Assembly: GCA_008632985.1 (NCBI GenBank) | Contig: QPGO01000157.1 | Span: 124,001-181,696, forward strand | DNA: 57,696 nt | Direction of reading: 5' to 3' | Source of the DNA: Psammoneis japonica | Taxonomy: Eukaryota | Shown here: positions 1 to 10,030 of the stretch, piece after piece | Numbering within the stretch: the first letter of the stretch is position 1 | How the letters are laid out: each line of letters opens with the position of its first letter | Notes under the pieces: generated by a model | What the model was told of the DNA's origin: nothing | Database searches by the model: none | The model's input: the letters and a program-made list of their open reading frames with translations, nothing else | Position numbers and translations under genes: made by a program

Positions 1-808
1 ACGTGTGCAAAGGTTGATCTACATACATGACAGGCTTGTTGAGATGCTTGGAGAGCAAGTCCGCGACGTCAGAATCCTTTATCGCAGCTGGTCCAGTCAA
101 GGTGTACTCCTTATTCTTGTGAGCGTGGGGCTCTAGAAGAGTTCTTACTGCCACCTCCGCCACATCATTAGGACTGACGTAATTGGTTCCCTTGTCGGCT
201 GACGCACCGTAAAAAGTTGCAGGAGTCTTAGTCCCCTGAAGCGTGTTTCTCTGGTACACGAGAGGGTTGGACATTAGATGTGTGGCTCCAAGAATAGTGT
301 AGGACATACCGGAGCTCATGAGATACTCGTCGCACTTTCCGTGCCATCTTACCAGGGGCACCTTTTGAAATATGTCGTCCTTCTTTCGCGCGTGGTAAAA
401 CGACAGCTTGACGACATGCTTCACGCCGGCATTTTTGCAGGCATGAACAAAGGCAGGAAATTTCCGTTCCCATCCCTTGGTATAAGGAGCGGAACAAAAC
501 ACAGATTTGACTCCCACGAGTGACTTAGCGTAGGTGTCTTCTCGTTCCCAGTCAAAGTCGGCGACTTCTGCACCGAGCTTGTTGAGATCTTCAGCCTTTT
601 TGGGATCATGGACTCCGAGACGTAGAGCAGGGTATCCGGCACGCAAGAGACGCAAAGCAATACGATTACCCACTACTCCAGTTCCTCCCGTAACGAAAAT
701 AGTACCCGACGATGGATCCAAATCAAGCCCGAGTGCTTCTCCAACCTGCATCAATGTCCTGCCTGCAGTCGCAACAGCCTTTTCGGCCGTTTCCACAGGA
801 TTTATCAT
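1..808 (-). CDS. NmrA-like / atypical SDR NAD(P)-binding protein (3' part runs off the window)
   Basis: Manual translation from ATG 808: MINPVETAEK...GTIFVTGGTGVVGNRIALRLLRAG...EVADFDWEREDTYAKSLVGVKSVF...ACKNAGVKHVVKLS. Rossmann TGxxGxxG motif and NmrA-type 'AGVKHVVKLS'. Absent from the ORF track because no stop lies in the window. Confidence 0.85.
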   Translation of the reverse strand, partial: MINPVETAEKAVATAGRTLMQVGEALGLDLDPSSGTIFVTGGTGVVGNRIALRLLRAGYPALRLGVHDPKKAEDLNKLGAEVADFDWEREDTYAKSLVGVKSVFCSAPYTKGWERKFPAFVHACKNAGVKHVVKLSFYHARKKDDIFQKVPLVRWHGKCDEYLMSSGMSYTILGATHLMSNPLVYQRNTLQGTKTPATFYGASADKGTNYVSPNDVAEVAVRTLLEPHAHKNKEYTLTGPAAIKDSDVADLLSKHLNKPVMYVDQPLHT

Positions 809-1241
809 TCTTCAAGCGGTCTGTGGCTTCGATTTCCGGATATTTGGTGTTGTAGATGTCTCGATTTTTGTAGTGTTAAAAGCAAGTGTTGAGTTTTTGG
901 CAGCAACTTTCCCCTTCGCAGCAATAATGCGATATGCGATGCCAGGAGCAAAAGAAGAGAGAGAGGATAGAAAGGTGAGCAATGAGCAAAAAAAACCACA
1001 AAGAATGAAAAAAAGTGACGCGAGGGTTCTCATTCGAGCTTTCGCTCTTCAAAATTCGATACACATGAAAATGTGTCCGTTGAATCACATAAACTTAACG
1101 GTCTTCTTCCAAGTATATTTATATTACTACAGGTATTGCTAGTAAATAATAATTTTGAAAGAAAGCCGTTGAAACATACCGTGGCGAGCGCAACGCAAAA
1201 AAAACAACACTGAAAACGCAGATGAACGAACCGTCTTGACC

Positions 1242-3365
1242 ATGGCGCTTCCTTCCGCGTCCTGGGGCAGACATGCTCCCTCTCTTTCTAACCAGATCCC
1301 TGAAGAGCACTCGGATAATTCGTATCCAGAAGAACTTGATAACAACGGCTGTCCTAGCGAGGCTCAGTTAGTGTTGCTATGCTTAGACTACTTACGGGGC
1401 TTGAGACGAGCTTACTCCTCAGAAGATTTGTTCGAGGCAGAAGGTATTGACGCTGAATATCTCAGTCTCGCTGTATATGCTCTTTCGCGATCATTTACGA
1501 GGATCCCTTTGTCTTTGAAGAATGATCCGCATTTTTCAATCGATCTTTCTCGGAAACAGAAACAAGAGCACCTCGAAGAAGAAGGACTCTCGCCTCCTCC
1601 ACCAGAAGAGCCTCGTCTAGACGGACTGGTCATCCCTCATCTCGAAGAAATTCAACAAGAAATCATGTACATGAAGAACCCGAACGAGCCGTTGCAAAAC
1701 GACGGGGTGAACGACGAATCCAAGCAACCCCAGGAGGAAGAGGATCAGTGGAGTTGGTACCCGTACGACGATGATCACGTTAGCAATAGCCACCGCTTTT
1801 ACCCACTCAATGGTCTTGCAGCGGGCCCTTCGATAGCGGGACCTTTGACTTTGGGAGAGCTAGTTGCTGCTGGTCTGTCTGAATTTGGTGCCCGATCACG
1901 CTGTGATGCTGAAGAGGAAATGGTGCAGTCCCCGCTGTTTGATCAATTTTTCCACGCTGTTGAAGCCAAAGGTTTCTTTCGTGACTTGGATAAGGAGGAG
2001 GAAGCTATCAATGCAGCATACGACGACGAACAAACAAAGAGGGATCTCTCCACTCTTTTGTACGAGGAACGCTATGCAAAGGTCGCGAACAAGTTTCGTA
2101 CCAAGTTGGTCGCCCAAGCAACATCCGGGCAGGGAGATCTTCACATGCATGGCAGGCACGGGTCTGAAATAATGAATCATCAAGGTTTTGCTCCCGCGCG
2201 CCAAGATGCCCGGAGAAAGATGCGAGCTGACCAGGTGCGGCGGCAGCGCTTCAGAGAAATGCCATCGCAGACGCAGGGAACGTACCCTGATGACTTCACT
2301 GTTGAAGCAATATCCGTCTCCAATCACAAGGCTTTCCCTTCGGAGTCTCGTCCAGCGAACGAGGTCGAAGCAGAAAAATTCAAAACGCGAGGAAACTCTT
2401 ATATGCAAGCCAAAAAGTACGATAAGGCTGTTGAAATGTACACTTCGGCTCTGACTCTCAGCCCCGCTGGTCCCAGTTCCCACGTTTTCTTGAGCAACCG
2501 GGCGGCTGCTCACCTGAGTCAAAGAAAGATCAAGGAGGCCATGCTGGATTCGGAACGCAGTTTAGAACTCAAACCCGACTATGCCAAGGCTCATGCTAGA
2601 CTGGGTTTATCACATTTCTTGATGGGAAACTACGCTGAATCTATCTTGGCTTACACGACGAGCCTCAAATATGATCCAAACAACGAAAGCAGCAAGAAGT
2701 ACCTAGAAAAGGCCACAAAGCGCGTTTCAGACCAACAAGCTGAAGTTGGCGCCGCGCATGCTAGACGGGACGACGATGTTGCATTGCAGCTGGCAGTAAG
2801 TGTAACTCCGAAAAAGTCGCACGAAGAACGCCAAGCAGAGAAACACAAGAATGATGGCAATTCGTACATGGCCGCGGCCAAGTATCAAGATGCATTCTCT
2901 GCTTACTCGGAAGCGATTCAATTGTGCCCGGATGGACGGCATTCCCATGTATATTATTCCAACCGGGCTGCCGCTCTCTGTTACTTGGAACGTTACGTGG
3001 ATGCGGAGAGGGATTCCTTGAAAAGTCTAACTCTAAAGCCCACCTACGGCAAAGCCTACGCACGGCTGGGCTTGTCACGATTCTTTTTGGAAGATTACCA
3101 AGGTGCGGTTGAAGCTTACACATCGGCTTTGCGCTTCGACCCCGACAACGCCGCTTCAAAATCGTATCTTGCCAAAGCGAAAGACCGCTTGAAGGGACAG
3201 CAAGAAAACAAAGGAAGGAAAACGAAGAAAGAGGGCGCCTTTTCACCACGCAACGGCGATATCCAGAAACACAGTGATGGTTTCAGTTATCGCTCAACGC
3301 AAAAGGCGGCATCCCAAAAAACGTGGCGTCAAGGAACGACTCTTGGCACAACCGTGAAAACCTGA
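1242..3365 (+). CDS. SGTA/Sgt2-like TPR co-chaperone with two TPR triplets
   Basis: Intact ~707 aa ORF. Two copies of 'AEKxKxxGNSYM..KY..A...Y...NRAAA...Y.KA.ARLGLS.F....Y...L..DP.N..SK.YL.KA'. N-terminal 'LVLLCLDYL...DAEYLSLAVYALSRSF' resembles the SGTA dimerisation helices. Confidence 0.85.
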   Translation: MALPSASWGRHAPSLSNQIPEEHSDNSYPEELDNNGCPSEAQLVLLCLDYLRGLRRAYSSEDLFEAEGIDAEYLSLAVYALSRSFTRIPLSLKNDPHFSIDLSRKQKQEHLEEEGLSPPPPEEPRLDGLVIPHLEEIQQEIMYMKNPNEPLQNDGVNDESKQPQEEEDQWSWYPYDDDHVSNSHRFYPLNGLAAGPSIAGPLTLGELVAAGLSEFGARSRCDAEEEMVQSPLFDQFFHAVEAKGFFRDLDKEEEAINAAYDDEQTKRDLSTLLYEERYAKVANKFRTKLVAQATSGQGDLHMHGRHGSEIMNHQGFAPARQDARRKMRADQVRRQRFREMPSQTQGTYPDDFTVEAISVSNHKAFPSESRPANEVEAEKFKTRGNSYMQAKKYDKAVEMYTSALTLSPAGPSSHVFLSNRAAAHLSQRKIKEAMLDSERSLELKPDYAKAHARLGLSHFLMGNYAESILAYTTSLKYDPNNESSKKYLEKATKRVSDQQAEVGAAHARRDDDVALQLAVSVTPKKSHEERQAEKHKNDGNSYMAAAKYQDAFSAYSEAIQLCPDGRHSHVYYSNRAAALCYLERYVDAERDSLKSLTLKPTYGKAYARLGLSRFFLEDYQGAVEAYTSALRFDPDNAASKSYLAKAKDRLKGQQENKGRKTKKEGAFSPRNGDIQKHSDGFSYRSTQKAASQKTWRQGTTLGTTVKT

Positions 3366-3722
3366 CGACTGTAACAAGAAACACCGACACCTAGCTTGTG
3401 GTGGTGGTGGTGGTGGTTGCTGCGGAACGATCGGCAGGGGAGCTCAAGAGGCAAGCCGATCGTATAAATGTACAATAATTAAGAGAGAGAAATAACTGGG
3501 ACGTCGCGTTCTCGTTTCTCCTGTTACAGTTAACAGCTTTCGCCCAGTTCTTGTTGTTCTTGCTTCTCAAACGACTGCACTCGACATCTGATCCAGGTCC
3601 TCTCCGAGTACGCTTTTCTATCATGTCGCGCCTGATGCTTTCTCTCTATTTTAAATTTTCTAGGTACTCTATGCCTACCACCTCCCGAAACGCAAAGCGT
3701 ACCAGTCATACAAAATGAAGTG

Positions 3723-5458
3723 CTACCCTTGACGATCCATCCACTGGCTAGGAAAGTCTTCAATATGTATCTCATGGCGAAATGCGTTCTCGAGATGCTG
3801 GTCCGTGGTATAAATCTTGTCTGAAAACCTAATTGCTTGCCGCGGCACCTTTGTGACAATATGCATCTCACCCATTGGAACCCGTTCCTCTAGAGTGAGA
3901 CCGTAACGATTTCGAATCAAGACTGTGAACAGATACGTAGTCCTTTTCCACTTTGAACCTCGTCACGGGCTAAGACTGAACAGGGCCTTAGATTACGGAG
4001 TTCAAATATTCGAGGTGAAAATGTCCATTCAAATACCGAGGCTTCTCCAGCTGTACCCACCACGACCTTATCCCTTCTCTCACTGTATCGATAAAAGCAG
4101 GACGTAAAAAGATTTTCAGGGTATGGATGAGTCGCCTGTTCATGTTGTGTACGTAGCCGACTTGCCACAACATCTTCCATTACGTGAGCAGTTGTGTACA
4201 AGTCTGCGTCTTCGAGAGGCTGCCAAGATGCAACATGACGATCCCACGCTTCTTGCCAAGCCTTTCCATAGTCGATGAAGACTTCTTGTCCCGGGGCTAT
4301 ATCCTGCGTAGCAACAAGTTCCAGCAAGAGACTCGTCTTATTAGATAAACGAATCTCTGCTAAGGTCTTGTCAATCCAACCGTTGTCTATGGAATGCTGA
4401 GACCATTGTAGCTTGGCATTGTAGTTTTGTCTGTCATTGTTGACTAGGTTGACCAATGGCGAATACGGATAAAGGAGGAGGGAAGAATTGGAATGACCAA
4501 GACAATAATTGAGCAGGAGCTGGTAACCATCAACGACAACATCGGAGTCGTCGTCTAGCTGTAGCTTCTCCGCCCTGGTTCTGGGCCTTGTTCGCGTGGA
4601 GAGGAAAAGGCTGGAACGTGAATCAATCACAGCCACGGGTACGGGGGCAATTACCGATCCCTTCTTTAAGAGCCTTGTCGCAAAGGCGCCCCGCCCAACA
4701 TCTCCTTTTTCCGAAGTACCCGGTTTCAAATTATCGAGGCACCAAGCATTCTCCTTCAACCATTCGACTGATCTTTTGGTTGTCTGCTCGTCTATCCCGT
4801 TCAAGCTTGAACTGCGTTCTTGAAACCAGTCTCTGCCGTAATTCGCAAACACTTCTCCACCCTCTGGAATGGTCCGTTGTATAAAGAACGTGTAGTTGTG
4901 ATAGTGCGTGATTGCTCCTGCACCTGGCGAGCTTGTTCGAAAGAGATCGCCTTCACTCACCTGGGGGACAAAGGGCAAAATGTTTGGTCCAGAAGCGCCG
5001 CCGAGACCGTTTGCTAGCATACCCATCCCAGGTATCACAGAAAAGACCTTCCTGCCTTCATAGAAGCCACCCGTTTCTTGGCTGTCCCAGGCATAATCTT
5101 GGAGTAGCCGACGTAGTCCGTGTGCATAAGTCGCGTTGATATCTGCAACTTGAATCACGACGTCACCGAAAGAAACAGGAACGCCTCGAGGTTTTTCCGC
5201 CATGACAAAGACACCCCAGCCACTGTTGGGAATAGATGATTCGGCCATGACGAGACGACATGAGTGTGGGACTCGGTCGAAGGAACGGGTCGTCTCATCT
5301 GCTTCACAGGTTCTCTCAGGAGATGCACTCGTGCACGAAAAAGTATTTTTGTTTTCGTGGACAGAATAAACAGTAGGTGCTACTTCTTGGAAGATGCTGG
5401 AAGCAACCAGTATCACTTTGGTAAAAAGGCTTACGGGTTTCCTCCTTAAGCCTCTCAT
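3723..5458 (-). CDS. Signal-peptide-bearing tandem SET-domain protein (diatom-type); one frameshift near 3945
   Basis: Hydrophobic N-terminus. Two SET-like units: 'ESSIPNSGWGVF...GMLANG...GGEVFANYG' and 'GRGAFATRLLKKG...NLVNN...ATQDIAPGQEVFIDYG'. The C-terminus continues in ORF 3723-3920 (TTYLFTVLIRNRYG...TDQHLENAFRHEI) after a 1-nt shift at an A-run. Confidence 0.75.
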
Positions 5459-6929
5459 CACTGTCTCTCGTGGTGGCCGAAACTTCGATCATCAGGGCGA
5501 CGCCATTGTAAATAAGCTGCGACTGACAACGGTCGGACGCCCAAACGAGGTTCTTTTATTTCGCGCAGGCGCCCGTGCCCAACCGACGCAAAGAAGAAAA
5601 GCGACAAGAATGGTCACCTTTCTAGTCTATCTATCGCATCGATCCAGCGAGCCAAATCTTTTTGAATTTTCGAAAATCGCGGATCCCTCAACCAAAAATC
5701 CCAAAGGGCTTTTTCTCGGCTGCAGCTTTTTCATGCTTTGTGCTTTCCTCTTTTCTCTCGGTGTTTTGATCCACCACCTCTCGACCCAGCCATGCTGGCT
5801 GCACCCCACACAGGCAGGGCCTGGAGCATCTTGGTGCTCATGGAAACTGGAGCTTCTTTTTCACCTCGTTTGCTCTGCTTCATTTCATTGTTCATGACCA
5901 AGCTGCAGCACAACCTCAGAGTGGCTGGCCAAACCTCAAATGCCGCCGTTGTCAACAATTGTCTCGTCGCTCTCTTGTCCAGGGTTCTTTTTTTGCTTTT
6001 GTCATGCCCCCCTGCTGTCATGGATCTCAACAACATGGGCTTTCCCCATTTTAGCAACTTGGGCTCCTCACCAATGTCAACAGCAGCCATGCGGCAGACT
6101 CTGCCAATGCAGAGACACAGACCGCCCCCCTGTGTGGTGCTCCAGCTGCTCTCTCGCTCTCTCTCTGCCTGACAGCACAATGTGCTCATTGTCCACTCTT
6201 GCTCATGTCAGCTTGCTTTTGTTGGGTCTCTCTCACTTTTGCCATGTGTTTGGTCTCCTTGCCCATCAAATCAAAAAGCCACAAGATCAGTCAGTTGGGC
6301 ACTGTCTGGTGGACACATTGTTGTCTGTGATGCTGCTGTTGTGCTCTGCTCAATGTTTTTCAGCTCACCCTCAAATCACTCATCTTTGGCAGCTGCTAGA
6401 TTGGCCCACTTGTCAATGACCCAGTCTTTGTTGCCATGTGTGCTGCCATTGTTTTCTTCCCCAAGACCAGTGCTTTTTGTTGGAGTTGTTCAGCTGCTCA
6501 AAATGAAAAAGTGCAAGTGCACTCAGGTGTGCATGTGTGCCACAACATTGGCTCAAATGACCGGTGTTTCCTGGCCCAGTGACTCCTCACATGGCTGAAC
6601 ACAGCAATCCTTCAGTCAACAGCCAAGGTGTCCCTCTGCTCCTGGTGAACAGTCTGCAGCCACTGCCCCCTCCTGGCTTTGTGCAATTTTTGAAATGGCA
6701 CTTTGTGCCCATGCACTTTGATTTCAAGGTGTGCGTTTCTCCTCACATGGTTGACCACCCAAGCCCCTGTTTCTTCCAGCTGACAATGCTGCAAACTTCA
6801 ACACCAAACAACACCTGAGAAGATGCCAAACTTTTGAAGACAAGGGAAAAGCTTGCACGCCCCTTTTGAGCTTTGATCAAAGAGCGGCACTTGACTCAAT
6901 CCTGCTTTTTCACATGGCCATCACAGCAC

Positions 6930-9900
6930 CCACTCCATTTGTCCTGGTGTCATCCCAGGCACTTCTGCTTTCTTGGCACTGCTCACTTGTGATGCTTGCA
7001 AGAGGCCACCCACCATGACAACTGCTTCTTCCTTTTCAAAAATCACGTCACATTGCCGCTGAAAGCTTTGCAGCAGCAAACCAGTGTTTTGAGCTGCTGC
7101 TTGTTTCTTCTCTGTCACAGAGACTGGCTCCCCTCTGAGCAACACAGTGGCCATCAATGCTGGCAGTTTTGCAGAGAAATGGAGAGGAGTGTTTTGACAG
7201 TTTGGCTCAAGAAGTGGTGCTGAGAGGTTCTCTCATCATTCTTGACTGAACCCAGCAGCACATTTCCAGACATTTTTGAGCAGGACTCTGGATGCTGAGA
7301 TCTTGGCACAGAGTTCAAAAAGAGGGAGCACAAAACCACCAGATGGATGCATGACATTCAACTGACAGTGCACCCTTTGTTGGGTCCTTCTTTTCAGCAC
7401 CAGCAAACATCTTCTGCATGGCCCCATCATGCTCAGGTTCTGCATTTGTGCCCCATGTATGTACTGGCCCTAGGCGCTGAAAAAGAAGATGTGTTACGAC
7501 TTTGTCGTTGTGAAAATTATGAGCTAGTTTAGAGTAGAGAAAATGGGATCGTGCGAATAGGGGATCTTGCCAAATCCCTATTCGTTCGCATTTGGATCGT
7601 ATTAAATCGATCGTGTGTTCGCATCATGGATCGTGCGAATCAAGCCATCACGCGCCATGCACGAGTGATGTCATCGTGTGGAATCACGCTACCATCGTGG
7701 GCCAGACGACGGGCCAGTGTGCTTCACACGGATGCTCTCTTAGCATCCTTCTGGAATTGCCTAAGACCTAGAGCCACGCCCTCCTGTGGTCGTGCTTCCC
7801 AGGTGCGTGTTAACAACACTACGTTGCCACGCACAAGAGGCTTGTGCACGGTCTCGCCGTGTTGTCCAGCAGCGAGGCATGCTGCATTTGCTCTTTGCGG
7901 TCAAAGCTTTTGTTTTGTCCAGCAATGCCCTGCATGGCAGCAAATGATCACAGCTGTCATGACATTGACAACAGCCCTGCATCCTTGTGTGAGACCTTTA
8001 CAGGGTTTTTTTGCAGCAGCCTGCTTGGGCCAGTCTCATGTGGCCATGTGACTTTTTCCTTGCTCTCCCATGACCTGCTCTTGTGGCAACATTCTTGGGC
8101 TGATTTGCTCTCATCATGACATTCTTGGGCCAAAAATTCCATGCCATCCTTGCAGTTGCAAGCCCCCCTTGCAGTTGCAAGCCCTCAAATCCAGGTTGAG
8201 CCAGCTCACAAAAACAATCTTTCTTGCAGCTGTCTTGGGAATGATGTGCCACAAAAATCAAGAATGATCCAAGTGCATTGTGTGATTGTGCACATGTTGC
8301 AAAGGTTGGTTCAGAAGACAACTGTCAAATTTTGCATGCAAATGTGACAAGCAACAAAAATGTGTGCAAACTTTGCTCACAAGTCAGCAAAAGAAAATGA
8401 AGAAAAGCCATTTGTGTTTTCAAGATCTGGCATCACAAAGTTCATTCAAAGACTTTGGCTCTGTGAAGGTTCATTCATCTGCATGTTTTGAAATGATGGT
8501 GGTGTGAACAAATGTGGTGGTGGACAATGTGCTCAGAAACCTGCAGCATGCCATCAACAGGAGTGTTGAGGAAGAACTGCGTGCACACTCTGCACACATT
8601 TTTTCCAATCAAATGCATTTCTGACATGCCAGAAGAAGAGCAGGACATGCAAACAACTCAGTGAAAATGATGGGTTGTGTCATGTGACTCCTGAAAAATC
8701 AACCCAATGTCATTGTGTGTGAGGAGAAGAGCCACACACACTTTTCTGAGTTGCTTGGGTGAGAAGACAATCAATCAAGCAAAATGCTGTCTGCAGCACG
8801 TTTGTGCTCTCAATGAGAAGATCAGTTGACAAGAAACAAAATTCCACACCTGCAATGTTGTGCCCTCCACAGGTGTCAAATTTTTTCAAAAATCAATTGA
8901 GGTGGTCACTGCAGCTGCAGCTCTGAAAACAATTTTGACATTGCCAAAATTGTCATTTCCAAAGAGTGATGTTTGGCTCAACAATGCCTTTTCACATTGT
9001 TGTCATCACAGGCACTTCCACTCTCCTGGCACTGCACACTTCTTGTGCTGCTCATTGCTCATTGCAGGAGGTCACCCATGATGACAACTGCTTTTTCCTC
9101 ATCAAGAGCCACATTGCTGCTGAAAGTTTTGAGCCAGTCCCCAGTGTCTTCAAGTGCTGCTTGCCCCTTCTTTGTCACAGAAGCTGACTCCCCTCTGAGC
9201 AACACAATGGCCGTCAATGAACGTTGGTGCTTTCTCAGAAAAACAGAGAGATTGTCAACAATTTGACTCAAGAAGCAGCAGTGGGAGGGTCTCTCATTGC
9301 TCTTGCCTGAACCCAGCCGTGCAGCTGCAGACACATTTGGGCAGAACTCTGGATGCTGAGATTCTGTCAGAGCTCAAGACGAGAGAGCACAAAACCACCA
9401 GATGGAGGGCATGGCATTCAACTGACAGCACACCCTCCATTTGGCATTGCTTTTCAGTGCACCAGCAAACATCTTGTTCTCTCTGGGCACCCTGACATGC
9501 TCAAGTTTCACACTTGCTTGTTCCATCTAACAACACCCTGTCTGGTGGCAAACAATGACAGTTGTTGTGACATCATCAACAAAACAGCCCTGTCAACATT
9601 GTGTGAGACCTTGGCAGGTTTCTTTGTGCAGCCCTGCTTGGGCCAGTCTCATGTGGCCATGCAGCCTTTTCCTTGCTTTCCCATGACCTGCATTGTTTGT
9701 TGCAACATTCTTGGGCTGGTTTGCTCTTGTGACAACATTCTTGGGCCCAAAGTCCCAAGCCATCCTTGCTTGTGCAAGCCCCCACTGCACTTGCAAGCCC
9801 TCAAATCAAGGTTGAGACAGCTCACAAAATTGCTGTTTCTTGCTGCTGTCTTGAGGATGATGCACCATCAAAAATCAAGAAGAACACAAGTGCATTGTGT

Positions 9901-10015
9901 GATTGTGCACATGTTGCAAAGGTTGATTTAGAAGATGAAATGTCAAATTGTGCATGCCCAGTTTCTGCAAATGCAACAACAGTGTGTGCAAAATTTGCTC
10001 ACAAGTCAGCAAACA
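6930..10015 (+). repeat. Older direct duplication: ~6930-8395 vs ~8990-10015
   Basis: Shared colinear anchors, e.g. 'gagcacaaaaccaccagatgga' (~7326/~9385), 'gggccagtctcatgtggccatg' (~8027/~9640), 'caagtgcattgtgtgattgtgcacatgttgcaaaggttg' (~8270/~9887). Confidence 0.85.
7450..7900. other. ~450-bp insertion with normal TpA/CpG content inside the mutated block
   Basis: Abundant TA and CG. Absent from the paralogous copy near 9510-9530. Contains the hairpin 'cgaataggggat-cttgccaa-atccctattcg' (~7554-7584). Confidence 0.7.
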
Positions 10016-10030
10016 AGTCTGTGGCATTCT

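Noticed and set aside
7492..7815. Solo LTR (TGTTA...TAACA) inside the unmutated island
   Set aside because: Flanking 5-mers do not match (agatg vs acact), and the normal-composition zone extends beyond these ends.
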